Shown piece by piece: positions 11,481-23,240 of a DNA stretch of 64,000 nucleotides. This DNA comes from Lama glama (taxonomy: Eukaryota): NCBI GenBank assembly GCA_028534125.1, contig CM052817.1, forward strand, positions 70,992,001 through 71,056,000, read 5' to 3'. The position numbers and the translations under genes are program-made. How positions within the stretch are numbered: position 1 is the stretch's first letter; each line of letters begins with the position of its first letter. The notes beneath the pieces were generated by a model, which saw only the letters and a program-made list of their open reading frames with translations, was not told where the DNA came from and ran no database searches.

Positions 11481-14177
11481 TATGGATTTTTAAAATCTTA
11501 ACTCATAATTCATTGACCAGAAAGGGCACTATAGCCAACTGACTACCGAGTGCAGAAAGGCAGAGCTGGAACTCCTCAGTGACCAGTACTACGCACTGCT
11601 TTTCCTCTGCTGCACACACTCCCCAGTCACATCTCGGCCCTAACACTCTAAAGAAACGTTACACCTGTCAGGATTATCTGCATTTTAAAATGAAAATAAA
11701 TAAAACAATCAGAAATTTTAGGTGTAGGAGAAGTGAGGTTGTAGAAATAGAGATGGATGTAGATACAGAACTTCCTGTCCTTTCAAATGAGATCACTGGA
11801 TAAATCTCTTTGTTTAAGTTGGTCCATGGTGCCGGGATTGTTAATAAAGTTTTACACTCTGGAATGTGGTGTTGAAAGATTCTAGCAGAATTCGTTAAAG
11901 AATATGATATTACTTTGGTTCCATACCATCCTAGTTTGTAATCCAACACCTAAAAATTGTTCCTCTTTCTACCAAGAAATAAACTATTCTTATCCATTTC
12001 TTTTTATAATCCCATGCACTCCTTTCAGATCAATTGCACAAATACAAAAGTCATTGATCGCGTTCCTCTCCATGCCCCCATCTTCTCAAATCAGCGCACA
12101 TCTATATTTTGTCCACCAGGTGGCGATAGAAGCCTACCAGCAGTTTACACCACGGTGAGAAGAAAATTAGTCGAAGACAGAAGGGGCATTTGCTTTTTGA
12201 TGTTTTTAAACCTAATTGTTAAATGCGAGAGGACTGTTGCATTTTAAAGCCTCAGATACTGGGCTTTTTTTAAAGCCCAATTTTAAAAAATCTTTTATAA
12301 AGGTATGTTAATGACAAAATGTTTTCAGTAATCTGTTACACTTTCCTGTGATTTTTTAAATGAACTGCTGACAGGATAAAGTTTGCTAAGATATATTTTT
12401 TAAGTTTTCAGTAATCTGATCATTGAAGTTTCTTCACTAGGGGAGGACTAGAAAGTGGATTTCCTCTAGATGCTTGAAACCCTTATATTTCTTCTCCACC
12501 CAACTAAGGAACGTGAGAGAAAATTCTCTTAATGGTCATCAGCAGCTGCTGGAAACTGGATCAGCCACCTTTGCCCCTGGATCCCAGCATATTTCAGGAA
12601 CCATCCCTTCCTCCTCTATGACTTCCCCCATTTCTCGTCCCACTCACTGAATTATTGGAGTAATGGTGATGTTGGGGGAGTTTCTTCATCATTTTGAGTT
12701 TCAGATTTCTCATCCATAGAATTATTTTTTTAATGTCTCCTATTTTGTGGAAGTAATATGTTTAACAAACGTAATACAATGTCTTGGTAGGTACTCAAAA
12801 TATTATTATTTTTACCTCCAAGTTCTACCTTATTTTGAAAGTGAGCATGTGACATTAATTATGGTGATTTGTATACAGTTCTTATCATCTGTGCCTCATG
12901 ATCTTGTGACAAAATTATGACTGTGACTATGGTTTACATGTGTGCAGGTTAATTATCCAAATGTCCATATTCTGTGTCTACAAAGAACTTGCATCTTTGC
13001 AGCCATTGTAATTTTTATTGCTTTAGCCTGGTAGGCTGATTACAACAGAATAAAACACACACATGCACACAGAAGAAATGTTATCTCAGCCCAGAGTGTG
13101 TCTCAAAGCACATATTTTCCAAACTTCAGTGGATGGAAACTAATAGGTACCAGAGCGGCTTTCCCACTCTCAATTATGGAGGAAGTACATGGATTATATG
13201 CTTCAGCTGTGCAGCTTATAGCTCTATTGGAGTTTCATGGAAAACAAAGTAAGAACTCTTTTCATCGTGGAAAGGAGAAAGGAAATCCCCACCTTACTCA
13301 GATGTCATAAATCTCCCGAATCCAGGAAATAAGAACAGCCAGGCCTAGAGATCCCTTTTGGATTAAGTATGTGCAGTGTGCAAGGGGGTGCCCTGTGATC
13401 TAGTGTCTGTGGGGAATCTCATTCACAGATAATGGGATGCATTGTGATAAATAACGTAGATCTTTACAACTGTAAGCTTCCTTAGAGATCTAATACAAAG
13501 GTCTTTCACTGAAAAAGCAGAAAGGAAAGCCTCCTACAATTCCTCTATGTATCTCCCCTCTCTCCAAAGTTCCCTACTCATCACAGCGAAAATCTCCCGC
13601 TCCTTCAATCCCCCAAGCCCCCAGAGTTTTGCTTCCACTTTGTTCACTCCCTTCTTCCCACGTGGTGTAAAAGTGAGGGGCCCTGGAGTCCTGTGTCCCT
13701 GTGCGCCAGCCACACCTAGAGGGCGGTGGGGGCCTCCCCATTCTTCTTCTCTTCTTGGTCAGGAGCATGTGGCGCCCCCTAGAGTGTGTATTTCTCTTTT
13801 CCTGAATGTTTTTCTCAAGAGTTTTCTTACAGAGAATTTCTGAGGAATAATATCCCTCTTCAACTTTGTTTAAGAGGAGACAATCTCATGCGAGAAATTC
13901 TCGTTTAAAATAACCCTCTCCCACACCAGGTTTCCTGTAGCTTAAGCCCTGTAATCCTCTATACGCTTGCTTGCCAGAGTGTGATACGGACTAGTTTTAG
14001 TCTATTCACAGCAACTGTGCATAAGAATCTACTTGATTTCTACTTTTCATTCGTGAAGAAAGCTGTTACAAGAAAAAAACCTTTTTGAAAGAGATTATGA
14101 ACCAAGAAAATAAAGATAAGCTACTGCAATACTTGAATATAACATAGAGGAAAGGAAGGAAGCCCCAGGAAGGACCT

Positions 14178-14554
14178 TATTTAGTTTGCTAGGGCTGCCC
14201 TAACAAAACACCACAGACTGGGTAACTTAAAACAATAGAAATTTATTTTCTTACAGTTCTTGAGGCTAAAAGTCCATGATCAAGGTTTCAGCAGGTTTGG
14301 TTTATTCTGAGGCCTCTATTGTTGGTTTCTCACCATCCTCACGGCGTCTTTCCTCTGAGAATGGCATGTCTGTGTTCTCATCTCTTCTTCTTGTAAGGAC
14401 ACCAGCCGTATTGGGTTAGGACCCACCTGTATGACCTCATTTTACCTTAATTACCTCTTCAAAGGCCCCGTCTCCAGGTACAGTCACATTCTGAGTTATT
14501 ACGGGTTAGGACTTCAACAGATGAATTATGAGGGGACACAATTCGGCCTATCAC
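14178..14554 (-). mobile_element. MaLR LTR (MLT1 family)
   Basis: ttagtttgctagggctgccctaacaaaacaccacagactggg...ggggacacaattc. Confidence 0.85.
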
Positions 14555-15424
14555 AGGGATTTAAATTTCACTGGAATTAGAGTTGGATATGCCTTTGAAG
14601 ACTTTAAGGATATGAATTAAACTTTTTGTAATACTGAAAATATCAAACTAAATGAAATCCAGTGATAAACAGAATGACAGTTTGTGGAATCTGGAATTGA
14701 GAGAAAGTGTCAAGCACATGTAGTTGAACTTCCCTTCCGATGTGGGAATACCTTTCCAGGATTCCCAGCATCCTGTGCTTGAAAATAATGCATGTAACAA
14801 AATCCAACTTATTTGTCTTTATTCTGATATCTGAAGCACCAGACCACTCTTCGAAACAAAATTTTCAAATATTTTAGGAAATGTATCATTTTGCCTCATC
14901 TTGTCTTCTCTAATTCAACCTCCCTCCCCCGCCGCCAATTCCTGGATTTTTTTTTTATATGGCAAGCTTTTTATACAGCTTGCCATCATAACGTTTTTTT
15001 TAAAGTATGTCCTTTCTAAATGAATTGTTACGTTTGGTGGTTTTTAATCTGACATTTTTTGAATAGGGAATTTATGTTTCACACAACCGATTTTTTTCAG
15101 GTAATGGAAATTTATCCTTTCAAGTAGTAAAAAAAAAAATTAAGTAAATATTTCTGTAAGAAGCATTTCTTCTTATGGTATTTTAACTTATATAGTTTCA
15201 TTAAAAACAATAATAAATCTGCCTTCTGAAGCAACAATATAGCAACTTTGCCTGCTTCCAGCAGATGGCCCTGGAGATTGTACAAAGTACTGTTCGTCTC
15301 GGGTAGAGCCTCCAAGTCCCTTCATGTCACAGCACAACTAGAAAAGAAGAGTAATTTGTGCGGTAAATACACAAGGGTGTTGCAGCCAAAGGAGACTAGG
15401 AGCACCTGAAGGCCCCTCAGCATC

Positions 15425-15779
15425 TGAATTGTGTCCCTTCTTCAGTCATGTTGAAGTCCTAACTGCCCCACCTTGTGACTGTGTTAGAAATAGAGCCTTT
15501 CAGGTGATTAAGGTTAAATGAGGTCATAAGGGTGGACCCCTGATCTGATAGCACTGGTGCCCTTCTAAGTAGAGACACCAGAGATATCTCTCCCCTTTCC
15601 ATGTGAGGACACAATGAGAATGGGAGGTCTGCGAGCCAGGAAGAGAGCCCTTATCAGATCCCCACCATGCTGGCACCCTGATCTTAGACTTCCAGAATCC
15701 AAAACTGTGAGAAAATAAACTTCTGCTGTGTAAGTCACCCAGGGTATGGTATTTTGTTATGGGAGCCTGAGCTAATACA
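15425..15779 (+). mobile_element. MaLR LTR (MLT1A/MST-like)
   Basis: tgaattgtgtccc...aaggttaaatgaggtcataagggtgg...ttttgttatgggagcctgagctaataca. Confidence 0.85.
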
Positions 15780-16071
15780 CCATTTTTCTATAATGAACAG
15801 TAATCAGCAAGAGGAAAAGTAATTGATAAAATGGAAACACTGTTGAATGTATGGCAAGACAATTGTGTCCCCATCAGGCACCCATTAACCCATTAGGAAG
15901 TGGTTCAGTGTCTTCAAGACTAGGAAAGCCCTGCTGGTGTAGAAAGCTGGGCAAATGCTGGAGCCATTTTAATGGGTACCACATCAACCCGAGTGGTGGG
16001 AGGACATGACGAGGGGCATTCCTTTCATCAATGGACTTTCACATGTCAATGAAAAGATGCTGTTTGGAACC

Positions 16072-16235
16072 TTGCTGCTCAAAGTGTGGTCCACGGACCA
16101 GAAACATCAGTATCACGTGGGAGCGTGACAGAAATTCAGAACCTCAGGCCTTCCCTAACCTACCTAATCAAAATTTGCATTTTAACAAGATCATCTAGTG
16201 ATTCATATATACATTCAAGTTTCAGAGGCACCACT
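16072..16235. mobile_element. MER5-like hAT-Charlie DNA transposon remnant
   Basis: ctcaaagtgtggtcc...aatttgcattttaacaagatc...caagtttcagaggcac. Confidence 0.75.
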
Positions 16236-18189
16236 GCACATCTTATATTAGCAAAAAAGGAAAAAGCCAGTTTGGTTCTAAAGCTTCAAAGTAGCTCACA
16301 TTTCTGTTTGATGGAAATGCACACGTGGCCTGGGCGGGTCAACGCGCCTACTTACTCTGGGCTTGTGAATATTGGGACTTACGAACAGCGGAGCTTTGGG
16401 ACCCTAACCTGTCCATTTGTAAAAGAGTTTCTAAGGTTCTAAAGATGGATTGTCTATCCCTGCTGGCCTCCTCTGAAACAGAGCACAGAGCATGATTTAG
16501 TTTTTCCTGGTGACTGAGAGGCAAAGCTATGAATATCTGTACATATAAACACAGCAATATCCTCAAGAGCTTTCAGGTTATACAGTAGGTGCTCAGTGAG
16601 AGTTCCTGCTCTACAGTTCCCTTCGGGACACACAGTTAGACACCCTCAGCTGGCAAGAGACCTGTGGGCTATGTTTATCACATCCCCAGTGGAATTTATA
16701 GTGTTGTTCAATTTAACTAAAGGCCTCAGACTGCTGTGCTTTTTCAGTTCTTCCGTTTTTCCAGTTTTTTTGTCTTTTCTCTATTAATCCTCCCAAGTAC
16801 TAGTGATTGCTCTCAGTGTGCCTGTATTAACAGCATTCCTTCTGCTGTCTTGTGACTCACTAACCTGCTGTGGGCTGGATAAGTGGATAACTATAGAAAT
16901 TACAGTATATCGAAAATAATAGCCTAATATTCTAAGTGAGAACTTGAGAGAATTTCTGGTAAGTGCATGCACTTTTTCACATAGGCTGATTATGTGGTCA
17001 TCATTTGCCTGATTTTTTTTCTTTTAGGACTTAGTTGAGATTTAAATGATAGTTAAATGATATCAACATAAGTGATCAAATAATAGGAACATCAGTGAAA
17101 TTGTTTCTTCCCATCATAACATAGGTCGTGGAACTCAATTTAGAATGCCATAATGAAAAGAAGAAACAAAAATTCACAAGGAACATAAGAAAAAATTATG
17201 CAGCAATTTTATAGAAAAAAAATCAAGAAATCCAAATGTAAGAAAGTCGGTAGGAACAAATGTAAAAGATCCTGCAAAGGATCTCTGGGGACAGATGATA
17301 TCCTATTAACTTTTGTATCCCCAATGTCTGGCCTACTAAAAATGCAATAAATGTGTAAATAGATCAGAAAAGGTGAAGAAAGAAGAAAATTATGTTTTCA
17401 TATTGCGAGAGGGACACCTATTAGGAAATGTCTCTAAAAGAGGAAAGGTGTTCTACAAAGGTCACATGTGATTTTAAAACTAGAGAATTAAAAAATAAAA
17501 AAACTGGCAGACGAAGATGTGAAGCCAGATACAATAGAGAAAGAACTGGAGTAGCATTTTTTGAGGTAAAGATAGGTGTTCAGTTATCCAAGTCTCCCAC
17601 AACTTCTGTTACAGAGAATGAGTCCTAAATTGGGGGTGACAAATAGTGGCATGTGTGTCAGAAATTGACATTCAGTAAAACGTCCCTCCTGCACCTGTGG
17701 CCAGGCTTGCTTTCAATTACAGCCTTCTTTCCCACTGAACACAGACTTGGCCCCTGCATTAGCCTCCACAGTGCCCATCAAAGCAATTGGGATCGACACC
17801 ACCATAATTGGCACTCCTGGCACTGTAATCACACATCTACAAATTGTCACTTTTAACAATTGGCAGAAGATTGGAGAAATGTCCTGAAGGAAAGGACCAC
17901 CATCTCCCAAAGTAAATTGAATGAACCAATTCAGTATAACTTTGCTGTTCAAAGCAGTGGTTCTCAAATTTTCCTGTGCATGAGAGTCACCAGGAGAGCC
18001 GTCTCCAGAGTTCAGTAGGGCTAGGGTGGGACCTGGGAATTTGCATTTCAAACACTTTGAGATTCACCATTCTAAGGAATACTGGAACAAATTCTAAATA
18101 CGTAAATCTGAAAATCCTTTGACAAGCAAAATAGTACATCATAATTAGCATAGCTTACAGAAGAAAAATGTAAGTTAACCAAGTGTCGT

Positions 18190-18407
18190 TTGTAGTGAAC
18201 AGAGCAAAGATTTTGGAGCTAAATAGACCTTGGTTTGATCTTTGGTTCTGCTATTTGCAGGTTCATGACATTTTACTAAGACCACTTGAAATCTTTATAA
18301 GCATTAGTTTCTTCTGGTAAAGTGAGAATAAGAAAAATATCCCATAGAATTACTTTGAGGACTAAATGGGAAATATATATATATGCAATGTATATTTATA
18401 ATATATA

Positions 18408-18452
<45 letters not shown>

Positions 18453-18494
18453 ATGTGACTAAGACAGTGCCTGATACACGGTAAGCATTCATTC
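18190..18494 (+). mobile_element. MIR SINE containing an (ATCT)n microsatellite at about 18408-18452
   Basis: MIR-like core; tetranucleotide array read directly. Confidence 0.7.
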
Positions 18495-18914
18495 AACCTT
18501 TCCTCTTTTTCCTCCTCTTCACTGATGGTGGTCATGGAACTTAAAGCAACAGAGCGAAATAACATATTTTCATGAAGGTTGTAGGCTCTGTCATGCAAAA
18601 GATTCCTATAAATATGCTAGAAAATGCTATGGTGAAATGGTGATAAAGACCGTGGGGAAGACGAGTTAAAACACAGAATCCCTGTCCTCCTTTTTTAGTA
18701 GTCTCCCCTAAAGACACAGGATGCACCTTCATTCCATGTACCTGTGATCCAAATGGGCTCCTTACAACTGAGATGACACATTCCAGGGGCAGAAAGCCAA
18801 CTGCCTAGTTATTCCCTTACTTCTATAATGGTAGCCCCTTAATACAGGGCTTTTTTCTGAGTCATTTTTCAAAGGAGTCCCAGGAAGTATTGGAACCTAT
18901 AATTGTGTAATCTT

Positions 18915-20601
18915 TTTTTTTTCTGGTCATAAGCCAAGGACAGTTATTTTTTAATTGAAGTATAGTTGATGTACAATGTTATACAAATTGTGATTCACAA
19001 TTTTGAAAGGGTATGCTCCTATAGTTATTATAAAATATTAGCTATATTCCCTGTGTTGTACAATATATCCTTGTAGCTTATTTTATGCCTAATTGTTTAT
19101 GCCTCTTAATCCCTTATCCCACACTGCCCCTCCCCCTTCGCTTTCTGCACTAGTAACCACTAGTTTGTTCTCTATACCTGTGAGTCTTCTTCTGTTTTGT
19201 TATATTCACTAGCTTGTTGTATTTTTTAGATTCCACATATAAGTGATATACAGTATTGGTCTTACTCTGTCTGACATTTCACTTAGCATAATGCCCTCCA
19301 AGTTCATCCATGTTGCTGCAAATGGCAAAATTTTATTTTTTTTTATGGTTGAGTAGTATTTAATTGTGTGTGTGTGTCTGTGTGTGTGTGTGTATACCAC
19401 TTAATATTACATTGTCTATATAAACCACATCTTCTTTATCTATTTATCTGTTGATGGACACAGGCTGCTTCCATATCTTAGCAATTTTTTTTTATTGAAG
19501 TATTGTTGATATACAATGTTGTGTTAGTTTCTGGTATACAGATTCAGTTATATATACATATTCTTTTTGGTATTTCTTTTTAATAATAGGTTATTATAAG
19601 ATATCTAATATAGTTCCCTGTGCTATACAGTGGGACCTTGTTGTTTATCTATTTTATATATATTAGTTTGTATCTGCTAATCCCAAACTCCTAATTTTCC
19701 CTCCCCCTTTTCCTTTGGTAACTGTAGTTTGTTGTCTATGTCTGTGAGTCTATCACTGTCGTGTAAATAAGTTCATTTGTGTCATTTTTTTAGATTCCAC
19801 ATATAAGTGATATGGTATTTGTCTTTCTTTTCCTGACTTAACTTCACTTAGATGATAATCTCTAGATCCATCCAAGTTGCTTCAAATGGCATTATTTCGT
19901 TCTTTTTTACGGATGAGCAGTATTTCATTGTGTATATATACCACATCTTCTTTATCCAATCATCTGTTGATGGGCATTGAAGTTGCTTCCATATCTTCGC
20001 TATTGTAAATTGTGCTGCTATGACCATTGGGGTGCATGTATCTTTTCGTGTTAGAATTTTCTCTGGATAAATGCCCAGGAGTGGGATTGCTGGATCATAT
20101 GGTAAGTCTAATTTTAGTTTTTTAAAGGGCTCTCTATACTGTTTTCCATAATGGCTGACTCAAACTGCATTCCTACCAACACTGTAGGAGAGTTCCTTTT
20201 TCTCCACACCCTCTCCAGCATCATCCTTTTTAATGATGGCCATTCTGACTGGTGTGAGGTGATATCTCATGGTAGCTCTGATTTGCATTTCTCTAATAAC
20301 TAGTGATATTGAGCATCTTTTCATGTGCCTATTGGCCATGTGTATGTCTTCTTTAGGGGAATGTCTGTTTAGGTCTTCTGCCCATTTTTTGATTGTTTTT
20401 TTTTTTTTTTTTTGTTACCGAGTTATATGAACTGTCTGTATATTCTGGAAATTAAGCCCTTGTCAGTCGAATTGTTTGCAAGTACTTTCTCCCGTTCTGT
20501 AGGGTTTTTCTTTTTATGTATGATGTCCTTTGCTGGGCGAAAGCTTGTAAGTGTAATTAGGTCTCATTGGTTTATTTTTGCTTTTATTACTATTGCCTTG
20601 G
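18915..20601 (-). mobile_element. Composite L1 block: 5'-truncated L1 (19485-20601) in tandem with a different L1 3' end (18947-19484)
   Basis: Two consecutive L1 3' termini (ttgaagtatagttgatgtacaatg at about 18955; ttgaagtattgttgatatacaatg at about 19495), each with a T-run; ORF2-like sequence to 20600. Confidence 0.88.
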
Positions 20602-20774
20602 TTATGTAATCTTCTTGATGAAGCAGAGTGTGACCTTTTGCTCATGCAGGGACTTATGTTTTTGTGGAAAAGTTGGAAACACTGTGGAAAAGCACTTGCC
20701 CATTTTGTGTAGATGGAGTATGTATTGTTGAAAGTCCTAAAACTCAAAAGTACAAACTATTTCAAAAGACAATT

Positions 20775-21075
20775 GTAGACTGTATATTTGATGATACTAA
20801 GGAATTATTTTTTAAATGATTTTAGATATAATAATGGCACTGTGTTTATGTTATACATTTAGAGAAACATGTTGAATACTTACAGATAAAATGATGCCTG
20901 AGATTTCTTTCAAAATAATCTCAGGAGGGTGGTGGAGGTTGGTGCTGGTATAGATGAAGCAAGATTAGCCTTGAACTGACAAATGTTGACATTGGTTGAT
21001 GAGTATATGATGGTCCATTATGCTACTTTCTCTTATTTTGTATTTCTTCAAAATTATCTACATAAAATATTAAAA
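20775..21075 (+). mobile_element. Ancient L1M (L1MC/ME-like) 3' UTR fragment
   Basis: tatttgatgatactaaggaattatt...tatagatgaagcaagattagcc...ctactttctcttattttgtat. Confidence 0.65.
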
Positions 21076-22079
21076 ATTCAAGTAGTTTTTATTAATGGTA
21101 TATTGCTTTTCAGGACAAGATTTTCTTATAATATGTGTTTAGTGTAATTTTCTCTAAAGATTCTGAAAATTTACGTTTAACAAAGTTGTTGGCTTTTACA
21201 GCCTAATAATTTGGCTTACTGTATCTTTCACAAGCAGGAAGTAGTATATTTTAGCTTCTGGATATTATAATGTAAAAGTATTGTTTGAGTCACTTATTAG
21301 TGTACAAAATGGAAAGGACAAATTAATCAGAATTATGGAAATAAGAATAAAGACAAATTCTAAAAGGAAAGTACAAATCCCACCATTGAAATCCTATTTG
21401 TAATTCATCTGGTGCATTAAAATTATCACGTATGATTCATTCATGGCAACAGCTAACGGGAAGCTTTGCATTACTCTAGGACTACAACACACTTTATGCT
21501 TGGTATAATCATTCAGTAATTAGATTTAGCACTCCAGAAATGCCATCTAGCTAGATCCCATTCGGAATTCGATGTTTTTGAACAATTTCATTTCTAATAC
21601 AGAATGACTGTGACATACTCAGTATTCCAAGGTGACAACGACTTGAGAAATGTAGTCCAGGGCTTGCTTGCCAGTTAGCATGCTGGGACAGGCCAGAGAT
21701 TCAAAGACAAAGCAAGCTGAGTTCTCGCTTTCGATGCTACAGCTTCTCTTCTGAACACCAACAGGAAGAGCCAACCCTTGACAAAAATCATGAGGAAGAT
21801 AGTTTGTCTTTCAGTTTCCCTTACTCCATTTCCCCCTTCTCTTCCCCTAGATTTAGACAATGGGAGAAGTTCTCAATTCTTATTGAGATTCTGTGTTTAT
21901 CTCTGAGAAATGTTTCCTCTTTCTTTGCCAGGATTATAATTCTCTACGGACAGGGGACAGGAGACAGGGAGCTTGAATGCCTTTTTCCTTTGGAATTCAA
22001 TATTAAGGGGGAAAAAAAAATCTCAGGATTAAAAAAAACAAAGCCAAACCCAGGGTTCCTCTTCGGAGGAAGGGTGGGT

Positions 22080-23240
22080 GGGGTCATAGTCCGGCCTGGC
22101 GTTGCCCGGGGCGCCGGATGTCACCCTGCAGCTCTCGAATCCACCTCCCAGCACTGCCGGCCCCGGCCTGCCGGACACAGCTGCCTCCGCCCCGCGTGGG
22201 AGCGGGCCCAGCGCCCCTCTATCCAGATCCATCCCTCTCGCCACAAGGCGACAGCAGCTCCGCCCCGGGCCGGAGTTCTCGGGGCTGGCAGGGAGGCCGC
22301 CGCCCCGGGCCCCGCCTCCGGCCAAGGCGCGCCGGGCTCCGCCTGCAGGGGGCGTTGCGGAGCGCGAAGCCGCGCGTGCGGGGAACGACGCGGGGTGGGA
22401 GTTCCGCGGCTCGGGGCTCGGGGCGCGCGGCAGAGGCGGGCCGGGCGGAGGGAGCCGGAGTCCCGCCGCCCGCAGCGGCCGAGCTGGGCTCCGGGGTGGA
22501 GCGCGGGCACCACAACCGCGTCCTGGGTGACTCCCTCGGTGACGCCAGGCGCGTTCCTTCCTCTTCCTCTCGCCTCTCCAGCCCCGCCTTCCCTTCCCTC
22601 CGCCCACCTCCCAGAAGCGAAGCCGGAGCCGCCGCCGCCGCCGCCTCCAGCAGCGCCGTCATGTCGGCCCCTGCCGGGTCTCCTCATCCGGCCGCCAGCG
22701 CCCGGATCCCGCCCAAGCTTGGCGGAGCCGCCGCCTCGGGAGCCGCCGCGCCCGCAGGCCCGGGCCCCGGGCCGCACCAGCAGAACGGTGAGGCGGACGG
22801 CCGGGGCGGAGCGCGGGGCCTAGTGCCGGCGGGGCAGCCTGCGCGGCCGGATCGGGCGGGGCGGGAGGCAGGGCGGTGGGAGTGGGGGCTGCCGGGCTTG
22901 GGGCGGAGGGGCACGTGGCGGGGGCCGGGCGGAGGGGCGGTGCTGGGGCGAGGGGCGCCCCGGCACGGGGGCCGACCTGGGGAATAGGGAGCAGGGCTGT
23001 GTAGGTAGCGTGACCCCGGGCCCGAAGCCGCCGGAGCGAGTAGGGGCCGTAGAAAAGGGGGAGCCCACATACCACTGAAATCCCTGTTATCCAGCCTGGG
23101 CGCGGGCGACTTGCTCCGAAGAGCGACCCCTCAGCCGAGACACCCGGCAAAAAGCCGAGGCCGCAGAGTGCGTGGTCCAGGGAAGGCTGGTGTAGCCATG
23201 GAGCTGTGTAGATCGTGCCCTTCCCGTCTCGGGAAAGATT
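22080..23240. promoter_or_regulatory. SEC24B: CpG island / TATA-less promoter, 5' UTR and first exon of SEC24B
   Basis: Abrupt switch to very GC-rich, CpG-dense sequence with multiple GC boxes (CCGCCC/GGGCGG) around the start codon. Confidence 0.92.
22661..22787 (+). CDS. SEC24B: SEC24B coding exon 1 (MSAPAGSPHPAASARIPPKLGG...PHQQN, phase-1 donor)
   Basis: ATG in gccgtcATG context inside the CpG island; the peptide matches the mammalian SEC24B N-terminus; donor ACG|GTGAGG at 22787/22788; 127 nt. Confidence 0.96.

Noticed and set aside
18541..18804. GPCR pseudogene suggested by a hydrophobic TM5-like minus-strand translation
   Set aside because: No DRY, CWxP or NPxxY motifs recovered in neighbouring segments; AT-rich DNA readily gives hydrophobic translations.
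22118..22660. In-frame upstream ATG giving a 181-aa N-terminal extension of SEC24B
   Set aside because: It lies in the GC-box promoter region, probably upstream of the TSS; the known protein begins MSAPAG.
21804..23150. Many long overlapping ORFs (up to 339 aa) on both strands
   Set aside because: Expected stop-codon depletion in a CpG island; only 22661-22787 matches SEC24B and has a splice donor.
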